A DNA stretch of 63,772 nt, filler included, from Lama guanicoe (Eukaryota): NCBI GenBank assembly GCA_013239625.1. It is 193 parts of 193 records of this genome, joined end to end, with 100 filler letters (N's around TTAATTAATTAA, not from the genome) between each part and the next. Parts side by side here need not be neighbours in the genome. Positions count along the whole stretch, not along the records: positions 23,166 to 23,396 come from PNXV01043901.1; positions 23,497 to 23,727 come from PNXV01043902.1; positions 23,828 to 24,058 come from PNXV01043903.1; positions 24,159 to 24,389 come from PNXV01043904.1; positions 24,490 to 24,720 come from PNXV01043905.1; positions 24,821 to 25,050 come from PNXV01043906.1; positions 25,151 to 25,381 come from PNXV01043907.1; positions 25,482 to 25,711 come from PNXV01043908.1; 185 more parts are not named here. One strand, written 5' to 3'. Below are positions 23,066-35,570 of this stretch, piece by piece (the first letter of the stretch is position 1; the number at the start of each line of letters is the position of its first letter). The translations under genes were made by a program, and so were the position numbers. The notes below the pieces were generated by a model. It worked only from the letters and a program-made list of their open reading frames with translations, was not told the origin of the DNA and did no database searches.

Positions 23066-24849
23066 NNNNNNNNNNNNNNNNNNNNNNNNNNNNNNNNNNN
23101 NNNNNNNNNTTAATTAATTAANNNNNNNNNNNNNNNNNNNNNNNNNNNNNNNNNNNNNNNNNNNNCTTCATCCCCAAACCCAGCCCCCTACTCAGGAGCC
23201 CTGCCAGGCCGAAGCGCAGAAACCACGTCAGCTGCCCCGCCCCTGGGATGTGCCTCCACCACCCCCGTCGGCCTCTGAAACCTCTCTTTTTTATTAAGTG
23301 TGCCTCGTAGCCACATCTTGACCTCCTCTGGGCTGTTCCTTGGAAACGTCACTCAAGTGCACCCCTTCTGCCGTCACCTCCAGGTCCTCACCCCTCNNNN
23401 NNNNNNNNNNNNNNNNNNNNNNNNNNNNNNNNNNNNNNNNTTAATTAATTAANNNNNNNNNNNNNNNNNNNNNNNNNNNNNNNNNNNNNNNNNNNNGCAG
23501 CCCTATTCCAGCTCAGGCACTAGCACTCAGCAAGGCGGCAGCCCCGGCCTTTGTGTTGCTACAGCCTAGGGTGGAGGACGGACACTGACTATTGCTGTCC
23601 CCCAGCCCCTTCAGGATCCACATTATTTCCTCACCAACCTGCTCCTCCTCTGGAATTTTGCAAAGGGACTGTCAGCATTGACCAGCCAGCTGCTCAAGCC
23701 AATAACCTGGGCATCTTTCTCCTTCCTNNNNNNNNNNNNNNNNNNNNNNNNNNNNNNNNNNNNNNNNNNNNTTAATTAATTAANNNNNNNNNNNNNNNNN
23801 NNNNNNNNNNNNNNNNNNNNNNNNNNNAAATTCTGCTTCAAAATGTTCATGTTGTCTATTTATAACTATTGCAAGATTTATATAAACCTATAACCCTTAT
23901 GTTAAGATAGTTTTCATGATCTCAGACATCTCCCTACTCCCCAATCCACTGGTCAGCTTACGATGCCACAGTCACTCCTCCTGTTGACGACAGTGGTCCA
24001 TTTACACTACTGTGCCTTGCTGTACGTGTGGAGAAAGAGCCAATTCTAACACATCCCANNNNNNNNNNNNNNNNNNNNNNNNNNNNNNNNNNNNNNNNNN
24101 NNTTAATTAATTAANNNNNNNNNNNNNNNNNNNNNNNNNNNNNNNNNNNNNNNNNNNNCCATGTGATACCAAGTGGGTATCAGGAAGATGTGCAAGGCCT
24201 TGACCTTCTGATTTTACTGTTCTTTGTCCATCCTAGTAGGGTCAATGCCTTCTAGCAGCACAGTTTTCCAGACTCTACATCAAATAGAACTGCTGTCATT
24301 TTTGAGCTAACGAATCCTGCTGAGGGTCCAAAGAGGGCCACACTGTGCAAGGCCACACAGAACATTTCTGGACCCTCATCAAATGCAGANNNNNNNNNNN
24401 NNNNNNNNNNNNNNNNNNNNNNNNNNNNNNNNNTTAATTAATTAANNNNNNNNNNNNNNNNNNNNNNNNNNNNNNNNNNNNNNNNNNNNTGGGAGGGGGA
24501 AGGGGGAGAGAGGAGGAGCATGGCCTACTCACTTGGCCCTTTGCGGCTGGGTCTCTATTTGGGTCCTTGTCCTCTCCTGCCACCACAGGTTCAGACACCC
24601 TTGCCTTCCTGGTTACGGATTTCTTGCCAGTGCCGCTGTGCTTGCGTTGTTTGGTTCCCGAAGGGACTGAGGAATCCCTCTTGGACCTCCCAAGCAGCGG
24701 AATACCAGTGATTGGGGGGANNNNNNNNNNNNNNNNNNNNNNNNNNNNNNNNNNNNNNNNNNNNTTAATTAATTAANNNNNNNNNNNNNNNNNNNNNNNN
24801 NNNNNNNNNNNNNNNNNNNNCATCTATGCAAGATTATAGAAGGTACCTT

Positions 24850-25050
24850 AAGAAAAAGGAACCCTCCTACATTGTTGGTGGAAATGTCAATTGGTACAGC
24901 CACTAAGGAGGACAATATGGAATTTCCTTAAAAAACTAAAAATAGACTTAGATCCAGCAATCCCACTCCTGGGCATGTACCTGGAGAAAAATAGAATTTA
25001 GAAAGACACATGCACCTCAATGTTCATAGCAGCACTATATACAATAGCCA
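24850..25050 (+). mobile_element. L1 ORF2 C-terminal fragment
   Basis: GGAACCCTCCTACATTGTTGGTGGAAATGT..GATCCAGCAATCCCACTCCTGGGCAT..AATGTTCATAGCAGCACTAT. Confidence 0.95.
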
Positions 25051-25490
25051 NNNNNNNNNNNNNNNNNNNNNNNNNNNNNNNNNNNNNNNNNNNNTTAATT
25101 AATTAANNNNNNNNNNNNNNNNNNNNNNNNNNNNNNNNNNNNNNNNNNNNACTCAGTTATACATGTGTGTGCATATTCCTTTTCAGCTTTTCCGTTACGG
25201 GCTGTTACAAGGTGTTCAGTATAGTTGCATGTTTTGTTCAGTAGGAACTTGCTGTGGACCTACTTTTGTTTCATTTTTTTTCCAGTTTTATTATGTCAAA
25301 TTATTACAGTTTGCACATACACAGTATGGTGCATGTAAATACATATAAACAGTATACTGTACGTTTTTTTAGTTTTCACATNNNNNNNNNNNNNNNNNNN
25401 NNNNNNNNNNNNNNNNNNNNNNNNNTTAATTAATTAANNNNNNNNNNNNNNNNNNNNNNNNNNNNNNNNNNNNNNNNNNNNTCTTTTCTT

Positions 25491-25582
25491 GGGGGTAGTT
25501 ACAGCTCAGTGGTGGAGCATGAGCTTAGCAAGCACAAGGTCCTGGGTTCAATCCCCATTATCTCTGTTTTAAAAAAAAAAAA
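25491..25582 (+). mobile_element. Vic-1-type SINE (first of tandem pair)
   Basis: GGGGG..AGCTCAGTGGTGGAGCATGAGCTTAGCAAGCACAAGGTCCTGGGTTCAATCCCC with A/B boxes and an A12 tail. Confidence 0.9.
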
Positions 25583-25585
25583 GAT

Positions 25586-25700
25586 GGAGAGGGTATACAG
25601 TGGTAGAGAGCATGCTTAGCATGCATGAGGTCCTGGGTTCAATTTCCAGTACCTCCAGATAGATGCATATAAATAAGCCTAATTCTTCCCCCAAAAAAAC
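25586..25700 (+). mobile_element. Vic-1-type SINE (second of tandem pair)
   Basis: GGAGAGGGTATA-CAGTGGTAGAGAGCATGCTTAGCATGCATGAGGTCCTGGGTTCAATTTCCAGTACCTCCA..AATAAGCCTAATT. Confidence 0.9.
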
Positions 25701-25850
25701 CTAGGAAAAAANNNNNNNNNNNNNNNNNNNNNNNNNNNNNNNNNNNNNNNNNNNNTTAATTAATTAANNNNNNNNNNNNNNNNNNNNNNNNNNNNNNNNN
25801 NNNNNNNNNNNAGGCTCCTGTTTTAGTGATTGCTGCTTTGATAAGCTCAC

Positions 25851-26016
25851 CTGTGTGAGATGTCAGCAGAGGAAGGATACGAGCACACTCATCTTCGCAG
25901 GAAGGGCTTTTGCATTTATCAGAAACGCAGCTAGGAGAGAGGTCTTGGCTTGGAGAGTCTTTGGCTCCATCCAAAGAGGGACATTTATTCCCACCTGCAT
26001 CCTCAAGCTGCCTTTC
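25851..26016 (-). CDS. complete 166-nt internal exon, unidentified (ERQLEDAGGNKCPSLDGAKDSPSQDLSPSCVSDKCKSPSCEDECARILPLLTSHT)
   Basis: Acceptor TTTCTTTCGACTTGTTCTTTTACAG| and donor CAG|GTGAGC; only the phase-0 frame is open. Confidence 0.7.
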
Positions 26017-26142
26017 CTGTAAAAGAACAAGTCGAAAGAAATNNNNNNNNNNNNNNNNNNNNNNNNNNNNNNNNNNNNNNNNNNNNTTAATTAATTAANN
26101 NNNNNNNNNNNNNNNNNNNNNNNNNNNNNNNNNNNNNNNNNN

Positions 26143-26360
26143 GGGCAATTATGAGCAATGCTGCTGCGAACATTAGCACGTAAGTCTTTGTAGCTGGGTT
26201 TTCATTTCTTTGAGGTACTTAGGAGTGGCATTGACGTGTTGTCTGGTATATTTATGTTTAACTGTTTGAGACGCCACCAGACTCTTTTGTAGAACGGCTG
26301 TATCATTTTACTTTCCCGTCAGCAGTGTATGAGGGTTCCAGTTTCTTGACATCCTTGCTT
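26143..26360 (-). mobile_element. L1MB-like 3' fragment
   Basis: TGCTGCTGCGAACATT..TAGGAGTGG.ATTG..ATGTTTAAC..CAGCAGTGTATGAGGGTTCCAGTTTCT. Confidence 0.9.
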
Positions 26361-27814
26361 GTCTTCTTTTTTTNNNNNNNNNNNNNNNNNNNNNNNNNNN
26401 NNNNNNNNNNNNNNNNNTTAATTAATTAANNNNNNNNNNNNNNNNNNNNNNNNNNNNNNNNNNNNNNNNNNNNGGTGGCCTTTCCCCTGGACAGACCAGA
26501 CAGGTCAGATGCTGCTGGCTCCGTGTGCCACGCAGCTCAAGGGCACCAGGATGGAGAATACACCGTGTGTGTCACTGCCTGCCCAGCTTAGCCCCTCCCC
26601 TGTCCTCCCCAAATGTGGTCCCACCATGAACATGACCTTCTGTAGTGACGGCAGTCTGGCCACTCAGACTGAGGCCGGGAGAAATCTCAGGCCACAGGCC
26701 CTGANNNNNNNNNNNNNNNNNNNNNNNNNNNNNNNNNNNNNNNNNNNNTTAATTAATTAANNNNNNNNNNNNNNNNNNNNNNNNNNNNNNNNNNNNNNNN
26801 NNNNATCCTTTATTCTATATTTAAACTAATTCACTGTTTAAAACCAGCTATTTCATTTTATGACTCTTCTATTTCATACTGGTATCTTGTTTTGATAATA
26901 ATAAATAAATAATAAATAATAAATGTCGTGACCTGTATGGTATAAGAAACCTTGACTGAGATTCTATTTTGCGCATCTTCGTTCCAGGATATTTTGTGCA
27001 CACCTTGATGATTTCTGGTCCAAAGGAAATGCATANNNNNNNNNNNNNNNNNNNNNNNNNNNNNNNNNNNNNNNNNNNNTTAATTAATTAANNNNNNNNN
27101 NNNNNNNNNNNNNNNNNNNNNNNNNNNNNNNNNNNTCAGGGAAGGCCCTGGGTGATAGGAGATCGCCTAGGTCATGGGTGTTCAACAAAGATGGCCTGCC
27201 TTCCACCCCACTGTGTTGTATCCTGGTGGCCCAGGTGACAGAGCACCCTGCAGGGTTCCGGCCACCTAGCACAGCGGGTCTCAGGGAGTCCGTGAGACAC
27301 CAGACCCACACAGCTTCGTAGTTCACAGCCTCCTTCGTTCTCACCCGGAAACCTGCCCAGTTCCTTNNNNNNNNNNNNNNNNNNNNNNNNNNNNNNNNNN
27401 NNNNNNNNNNTTAATTAATTAANNNNNNNNNNNNNNNNNNNNNNNNNNNNNNNNNNNNNNNNNNNNGAATTATGTAGATAATTTTATGGGAATAATAACT
27501 AATACCTGATTTTTTTAAAACAAAAAAACCATTTGCTTAACTAATTAAGTGCCTAGTTTATCTTTGTTGCTGACCCTCTCCTTATTCTTTAGAATTTGTT
27601 AAAAGCAATTCACTAATCAGAGAAATAATTTGTCTGAGTTTTCCAGGGGTTCCTAAATGTGTCTCTGCCTTAGTTTCTGTTACTCCAGAAGTAGATGNNN
27701 NNNNNNNNNNNNNNNNNNNNNNNNNNNNNNNNNNNNNNNNNTTAATTAATTAANNNNNNNNNNNNNNNNNNNNNNNNNNNNNNNNNNNNNNNNNNNNAAA
27801 CCCCCAACAAAACA

Positions 27815-28028
27815 AAGGTTTTTCTCTATTTTGCAACTTGCCATCTCCACCTTAGTGCAGAAGTGTTGACATCCTTAAAGGTCAGAGCCCGGAGAACAGG
27901 CTCTCCTGTCTATCTCAGGCTAAAGGCAACGTTGTTTCCCAAAAGGTGCAGAGCTGGCAAGGCTAAGCCTAGAAAGCAAGGCACAGTGGTTAAAATTAAA
28001 GGAACAGATCCAATATAAAGTCAGATTT
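27815..28028 (-). mobile_element. ERV1 LTR, cetartiodactyl MER41-like
   Basis: TTAAAGGTCAGAGCC.GGAGAA..TCAGGCTAAAGGCAAC..AAAAGGTGCAGAGC..AAAGGAACAGATCCAATATAAAGTCAGATTT. Confidence 0.7.
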
Positions 28029-28790
28029 NNNNNNNNNNNNNNNNNNNNNNNNNNNNNNNNNNNNNNNNNNNNTTAATTAATTAANNNNNNNNNNNNNNNN
28101 NNNNNNNNNNNNNNNNNNNNNNNNNNNNTTGTATGACATACCTCCGTTTCAGAAAGCAAAATGTGAATGTCTTTAAAATCAATTCAGTAGTTTTATTTAT
28201 CCCTTCCCATATTTATCCTGATGTTTTAATTTCTTCTGTTACTGCATATGCAAGGTTTTCCAACAAAATGTTGAACATTTATGTTTTGTATTCATTACAT
28301 TCATTGGTGTGGGGTTTATCTATGCTGTTGGACTTTTGAAAGAACTGGCTTTTAAATTTNNNNNNNNNNNNNNNNNNNNNNNNNNNNNNNNNNNNNNNNN
28401 NNNTTAATTAATTAANNNNNNNNNNNNNNNNNNNNNNNNNNNNNNNNNNNNNNNNNNNNCAAGTGTGGTTCAGTGCAGTGCGATCCTCTAAAACTCAAGA
28501 GGGCAAGCGGACAGGGCCCTCTTCCCCCATCCTGCTCCATGCCGGCCTGGCTCGGTCCCTGAGCAGAGGCCCATTGGACAGGCTGGGCGCCTTCGGCCTC
28601 CAGACTTTTCCTTGTGGGCACCTGCTGTTCTTCCCAGGGCTGGAGGTACCCGGGTCAAGGGAGATGAGGCTGGGTGAGAGCAGGTCAGCTNNNNNNNNNN
28701 NNNNNNNNNNNNNNNNNNNNNNNNNNNNNNNNNNTTAATTAATTAANNNNNNNNNNNNNNNNNNNNNNNNNNNNNNNNNNNNNNNNNNNN

Positions 28791-28958
28791 AGAAGGCGGC
28801 CTTCTGTAAGCAAAGGAGAGGGGTCGCAGGAGAAACGAACCCTGCTAGCACTTTGGTCTCAGGCTTCTGGCTTCCGGGACTGGAAGACAGTAAATTTCTG
28901 CTCCTTAAGCCATCCAGTCTTCAGTGTTTTGTTATGGCACCTCTAGCAAAATAATACA
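28791..28958 (+). mobile_element. MLT1A/B LTR 3' end
   Basis: AACCCTGCT..TAAATTTCTG..TTAAGCCA.CCAGTCT..TTTGTTATGGCA..CTAGCAAAATAATACA terminus. Confidence 0.9.
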
Positions 28959-30169
28959 ATAAACTGGAAAAATATTACCAATTTATTTATTAGGGTATTA
29001 GAACTTTTCTTAGTAATTTGTNNNNNNNNNNNNNNNNNNNNNNNNNNNNNNNNNNNNNNNNNNNNTTAATTAATTAANNNNNNNNNNNNNNNNNNNNNNN
29101 NNNNNNNNNNNNNNNNNNNNNTCTCTGCCAAAATAAACTTTATTCCCTATAACTTGAAATGTGTGTGTGTGTATGTATATATATATAAATAATAGTTCAT
29201 TATGCAGCTACTTCCACTGTTTGGGGCTGCAACAAAATTGATTTTGACATAAATGAAACGTTGAAAGTAAAAAAATTTTTATTGTTTTCGCTTATTTTTT
29301 TTTATGAAAGTACTGTTTTTAATAGGAGAAAACTGATAATAATCTACCTAGANNNNNNNNNNNNNNNNNNNNNNNNNNNNNNNNNNNNNNNNNNNNTTAA
29401 TTAATTAANNNNNNNNNNNNNNNNNNNNNNNNNNNNNNNNNNNNNNNNNNNNAGCGAGTCCCTCCTTAGGGCCCGGGCTGTCACACACCGCGTGAGCTGT
29501 CGTGGCACACAGTTTACGTTTGCGCTGCACGTTATGGGGACAAACAGTTGGGGGGGTAGTGGGTGCCGCTGGTGCCCACCCAGACCGCTTCGACAGGCTG
29601 CCGCTCCCCCGAGCTGTTGGAGCTGTGGCTGCCATCGGCCCCCGGTGCCCCATCCCTGCAGAATCGGCCTTGTGGGGCCAGGGNNNNNNNNNNNNNNNNN
29701 NNNNNNNNNNNNNNNNNNNNNNNNNNNTTAATTAATTAANNNNNNNNNNNNNNNNNNNNNNNNNNNNNNNNNNNNNNNNNNNNTTGCCTTGGGGCCGGGA
29801 AGGCCCGGAAGAGGGTCTCGTGACCCTCGGGGCCACCGGGCTGACGAGCATGGAACCGCACAGGAGGGCACAGGCCCGGGGACAGGCCCCCCGCAGCTCA
29901 CTGGACTCCAGCGCGCACGAGTCACGAAGCCGAGGGGAAGCGGCGCAGAGTGGGGCTCCGTGACGTGGCGTGGGGTCAGCACGGGGACCCAGCAAGACGC
30001 CGGTGTTGTCTCCANNNNNNNNNNNNNNNNNNNNNNNNNNNNNNNNNNNNNNNNNNNNTTAATTAATTAANNNNNNNNNNNNNNNNNNNNNNNNNNNNNN
30101 NNNNNNNNNNNNNNCCGTGGGGCCCGCCTCCGGTCTGGTCAAAGGACAGAGTCTGTCAATGTCTAGGTC

Positions 30170-30345
30170 CTTCGCCACCTTTGACAAGAATCCCCTACCC
30201 TCGCTGTCTCTTCTCAGGGACTTTCCATCCATGGCCCCTCACTCTGCTCAATGGATATACAGCCCCACGTGGCCTCGTTGAACTTGGAATGGAGCCCAGT
30301 TCCTTCCCCTAATGCAACACCCTTCTCACAACAGTCTTGAATAAA
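30170..30345 (+). mobile_element. ERV1 LTR (MER31-like)
   Basis: CAAGAATCCCCTACCCT..TTTCCATCCA..CCCCTCACTCTGCTC..GAGCCCAG..AGTCTTGAATAAA. Confidence 0.7.
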
Positions 30346-31494
30346 NNNNNNNNNNNNNNNNNNNNNNNNNNNNNNNNNNNNNNNNNNNNTTAATTAATTA
30401 ANNNNNNNNNNNNNNNNNNNNNNNNNNNNNNNNNNNNNNNNNNNNTAGTCTGACCCTGAAGACTGTCAGTGGGATAGGTGTCCGTGGGAGGGAACGTGGT
30501 TGGCAGCGCCAAGGCCAGGGAAGAGTGAATGGGAATCTGGCTTTAGGGAGGTGTGGTGTTAGTTCAATGTGCCTTAACTCAACGATTGGCAAAGGTGACC
30601 TCCTTTCTGACAAATTGCTGTGCTCAAAAATCAAGCAGTGCACCTGGGCATCCTGATATGCCAGGTAAGTAATCTANNNNNNNNNNNNNNNNNNNNNNNN
30701 NNNNNNNNNNNNNNNNNNNNTTAATTAATTAANNNNNNNNNNNNNNNNNNNNNNNNNNNNNNNNNNNNNNNNNNNNAGCTTTTCCAGAGCCATTGACACT
30801 CTCCAACTCCTTTTAACCCCCTGACAGCACCATTTCCTTGACACCGGTCACACCTTCAGTAATCAGACTGAAGTCCTTTCTATGCAAAAGATTAGCAATA
30901 AAAACATAGCCAACCTGCAGTCCGGGGTCCTGGAATCTGGAGGTCAGAGTCTTGGATAGACCTGGAGGGCATCATGTTTAGTAAAAATAAGTTAAAGAAA
31001 GACAAATNNNNNNNNNNNNNNNNNNNNNNNNNNNNNNNNNNNNNNNNNNNNTTAATTAATTAANNNNNNNNNNNNNNNNNNNNNNNNNNNNNNNNNNNNN
31101 NNNNNNNGGTGCACTCTGAAACCCAGGCCTCTGCTTATCTGGGCCTGTCCCAGCACGTAGTAGGCTGTTTGCTTTCTACACTCAAGTGATTTTGCTTCCT
31201 CCTCCTCCTCCTTCCATCAGGGTAATGAGTAAAGCTTCTAACTTTCGATGCTTTCCAATGTTGGAACCATGACCAATAATAAACTCTTGTTTTTTTTGTT
31301 TGTTTGTTTGTTTTGATGTAGTTAAGAGTTTTAAAAAGNNNNNNNNNNNNNNNNNNNNNNNNNNNNNNNNNNNNNNNNNNNNTTAATTAATTAANNNNNN
31401 NNNNNNNNNNNNNNNNNNNNNNNNNNNNNNNNNNNNNNGGCCAACCTTTCCCACAACCCAGAAGAGAAAGCTTAAGTTTAAAATGGCCGGATGT

Positions 31495-31635
31495 GGGGAG
31501 GGTGCAGCTCAGCGTGCTCAGCGCACAGAGGTCCTAGGTTCAATCCCCAGTGCCTCCACTAAAAAAAATAATAATCATAATTTTAAAATACATAAATAAA
31601 TGTAATTACAGCCCCCCCCCAAAACAAAATAAAAC
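31495..31635 (+). mobile_element. Vic-1-type SINE
   Basis: GGGGAGGGTGCAGCTCAG..GAGGTCCTAGGTTCAATCCCCAGTGCCTCCA plus AT-rich, C-run and A tail. Confidence 0.9.
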
Positions 31636-34600
31636 AGTCGAACAACTTGGCCCAAAGTCACAAGGTCACNNNNNNNNNNNNNNNNNNNNNNNNNNNNNNN
31701 NNNNNNNNNNNNNTTAATTAATTAANNNNNNNNNNNNNNNNNNNNNNNNNNNNNNNNNNNNNNNNNNNNGCTCAAGCTAGACCCTGTTGCTGGAAAGCAG
31801 TCTGTGAATAAGACTTTTTACCCAGAAAAGTGAACTGTTTTCAAGAACCATATGCTGAGTTCCTCTGAAAAATGGACAATTACCCCTCATTTTTATTCTC
31901 AAGGCCACACTGAGTTATTCCCTACTGGGTTTTCTGAAAATGAGAAAATACTGGCTGGCTGTAGGCTTGTTTCTAGGGTTGGTATCAGGTTTTATTGCGT
32001 NNNNNNNNNNNNNNNNNNNNNNNNNNNNNNNNNNNNNNNNNNNNTTAATTAATTAANNNNNNNNNNNNNNNNNNNNNNNNNNNNNNNNNNNNNNNNNNNN
32101 ACTGAGCGAGTCCTGCGCGCTCATGATCGAAATACCCAGACTTCTCCCCAGTCTACCAGGTACAACGTCTTCCTCCCCGCATACCACACGCCCCGAAGAG
32201 ACCCAGACTCAACAGTCTGGTGCACATCGCTCCAGACTTTGGTGGCAGTGGTGGTTTTTCTTTTTTGCATATAAAGGATACATGATTCATTGTTTTTTTG
32301 TGTGTTTCTTTTAACGGAGGCACTGGGGACTNNNNNNNNNNNNNNNNNNNNNNNNNNNNNNNNNNNNNNNNNNNNTTAATTAATTAANNNNNNNNNNNNN
32401 NNNNNNNNNNNNNNNNNNNNNNNNNNNNNNNGTGTAGGTTTATCAGGGAAAATCAGGGTTAGAGCCTGTTGGTTCTCTCTCTCTGAGATCTCTTGTCTTC
32501 CGTGTAGACTTCAATGGCAGGCAGGCTATTCCCACACGGTGGCAAAACTGTAACAAACTCCATGTCTTCGTCTTCCCCAATTAGCTACTCCACATTGACT
32601 GGTTTTGAGCAGCTGCACTCCCAACAGCTCTGTGACATGTCCTGGAGCTGCCCTTACTGGCCNNNNNNNNNNNNNNNNNNNNNNNNNNNNNNNNNNNNNN
32701 NNNNNNTTAATTAATTAANNNNNNNNNNNNNNNNNNNNNNNNNNNNNNNNNNNNNNNNNNNNATAATCGCCTCCATACTTCTTTCAAAGAGACTTCAGAC
32801 TAAGATTTTAGATATTTTGTCTTGTTTTGTTTGCAAAGTTGAGGCATCTAGAGGAAAGGATGAAAATATATACATACTGACATCCCTTCCCACAGGAAAG
32901 TATAAACGTAATGTATTTCCAATCAAAATGCCAACATCACAATGCTGTAAATCAACTAGACTTCACTTTTTTAAAAAAAGCCCCAAAATGCCANNNNNNN
33001 NNNNNNNNNNNNNNNNNNNNNNNNNNNNNNNNNNNNNTTAATTAATTAANNNNNNNNNNNNNNNNNNNNNNNNNNNNNNNNNNNNNNNNNNNNCAAGGTG
33101 AATAATATTTCTTCCAAGGAAAACCCTTATCTGGTGGCATGTTTAGAACATTTTATAGTGTACAAAGTGTATTGAAATTATGTTACTTGAAACACAATAG
33201 TATTATTTTCCTTTCATAGATTAAAAAGAAAACAAAGCTCAGGGACATTAAGGGCCAGGCCCAAGGATGCACTGCTTTTACATGACAGATCTCTCCCTGT
33301 CTCTTATATACCCCTAATCGAGGTNNNNNNNNNNNNNNNNNNNNNNNNNNNNNNNNNNNNNNNNNNNNTTAATTAATTAANNNNNNNNNNNNNNNNNNNN
33401 NNNNNNNNNNNNNNNNNNNNNNNNTTTTCTTTCCAGTCCCTCAATTGTATCTGAATTCCCTCAGAGCCACATCGCTTCTCTCTGCCACTTGCTTGCTCAA
33501 CTCACGATGGTATCATTCTTAGAACGCCCATCACTTTCTTTTTATTCTTCCTTTTCTGACCTGCTCTGCCCTACAAAACCACGATTCGCATGCACTGAAG
33601 GACAGACAGTCAGCCCATGTCCTATAATCAGCTGTTTGTTCTTGCCAGGGTCATTNNNNNNNNNNNNNNNNNNNNNNNNNNNNNNNNNNNNNNNNNNNNT
33701 TAATTAATTAANNNNNNNNNNNNNNNNNNNNNNNNNNNNNNNNNNNNNNNNNNNNAGTAAGTGCATGTGAGGAAGAGACCTGAGGCTGGCGGGAGAACCA
33801 CCAGAAGGATGAGAAGGAAGTGTGTTCAGAACCCACGCACATTCGGGGTGGCAGGTGTTTCCAGCAGCCCGACTGGAAAAGCCTCGTGAGCTGTGAAGCC
33901 CTGGTTGTAGAACTCAAGAGGGACTCACCTCAGGCTCGAGGAGTAATGAATTGATCACGATCTGGGACTGCCTAGTAACTCCTGAANNNNNNNNNNNNNN
34001 NNNNNNNNNNNNNNNNNNNNNNNNNNNNNNTTAATTAATTAANNNNNNNNNNNNNNNNNNNNNNNNNNNNNNNNNNNNNNNNNNNNTCTACCACAGAGCC
34101 ACCCAAATCAAGTATGGAAGGGATGGCCATGGAAAGAGAGTTATGTTCCACCTCCCCATGTCCCACAGACACTCAGAACATTGCACAGACTTCAAGTACC
34201 AGTTTGGGCATGTGGACAAGAGCACTTGTAAAGCACAAGGCTTTGGGGTCAAATTGTTTTAGATTTGCATCTAAATATACACCAGGCCAACTGTGGAACC
34301 TTACACAAGCAACTTAANNNNNNNNNNNNNNNNNNNNNNNNNNNNNNNNNNNNNNNNNNNNTTAATTAATTAANNNNNNNNNNNNNNNNNNNNNNNNNNN
34401 NNNNNNNNNNNNNNNNNGCACCCATTAGAGATCTTCCTTTAGGTGACAACAGGTTGTAAATCAATGCTCTTCAAGTGCAATGATTTAGCCAGCTGCACAG
34501 CCACCCTAGAATTCGATCCTCCAGCATTCTCCCTTTTTTAGGAGGTCTGTCTCTCCTGGAAACATCTGCTGTGTATCGGTACATCTGATCTGTGATACAA

Positions 34601-35079
34601 AAAAGCAATGGCAAAAGCTGGGAAGGTGTGCTGGTGGACCACCAGCGTNNNNNNNNNNNNNNNNNNNNNNNNNNNNNNNNNNNNNNNNNNNNTTAATTAA
34701 TTAANNNNNNNNNNNNNNNNNNNNNNNNNNNNNNNNNNNNNNNNNNNNGATGTTCTGAAGCACTCACTCACCCAAGAAGAGGTGAGAGAGGCCTTTTCAC
34801 ACAAGCAGAGAATCAAAAGAAGGGAGAGAGAAGTTTCATGAGGTAACTGATGAGAAAAATGGGATTTAGAATCTACATGCAGCAACTCTCTTTCAAAAAA
34901 AGATTATATATGGTTTCTCCACAAAGGAACAGAGTAGAATTAAGTCAGTGGAAGTTCTGTCTGTTGTTATGAGGATGTTNNNNNNNNNNNNNNNNNNNNN
35001 NNNNNNNNNNNNNNNNNNNNNNNTTAATTAATTAANNNNNNNNNNNNNNNNNNNNNNNNNNNNNNNNNNNNNNNNNNNN

Positions 35080-35310
35080 TCATATCAAAAGATGCTCCAC
35101 CTCATATGTCACCATGAAAATGCAACTTGAAGCAATGAACTAGCACTGCATACCTATTAAGATGGCCAAAATGTAGAGCACTGACAAGAATGTAGATCCA
35201 CAGAGTACTTAAAATTACCAGTGGGAATGCAAAATCATACAGCCGCTTTGACAGACAGTTCGGCATTTTCTTACAAAACTAGACATATTCTTACTATGCA
35301 ATCCAGCAGT
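35080..35310 (+). mobile_element. L1MC 3' fragment
   Basis: AAAAGATGCTCCACCTCATATGTCA..GTGGGAATGCAAAAT..TTTCTTACAAAACTA..ATCCAGCA. Confidence 0.9.
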
Positions 35311-35410
35311 NNNNNNNNNNNNNNNNNNNNNNNNNNNNNNNNNNNNNNNNNNNNTTAATTAATTAANNNNNNNNNNNNNNNNNNNNNNNNNNNNNNNNNN
35401 NNNNNNNNNN

Positions 35411-35570
35411 CTTAGGAAACTAGAAGGGAAAAAATGAGTAATTTAAGCCTAAATAAAGTTGAAGAAAAGAGCTAAACAATTTTAGAATATAAATCAATGG
35501 ACCTGAAAATCAGAAAACAATGGAGAAAATCAACAAGATCAAAAACTGGTTCTTTGAAAAATTCCATGGA
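35411..35570 (+). mobile_element. L1 ORF2 fragment
   Basis: CTTAGGAAACTAGAA..GAGAAAATCAACAA..AAAACTGGTTCTTTGAAAA. Confidence 0.85.

Noticed and set aside
30640..30670. Perfect donor CAG|GTAAGT; similar isolated splice-like sites near 1167, 4035, 16370, 19924 and 39922
   Set aside because: No convincing partner site or recognisable peptide; such motifs occur by chance at this frequency.
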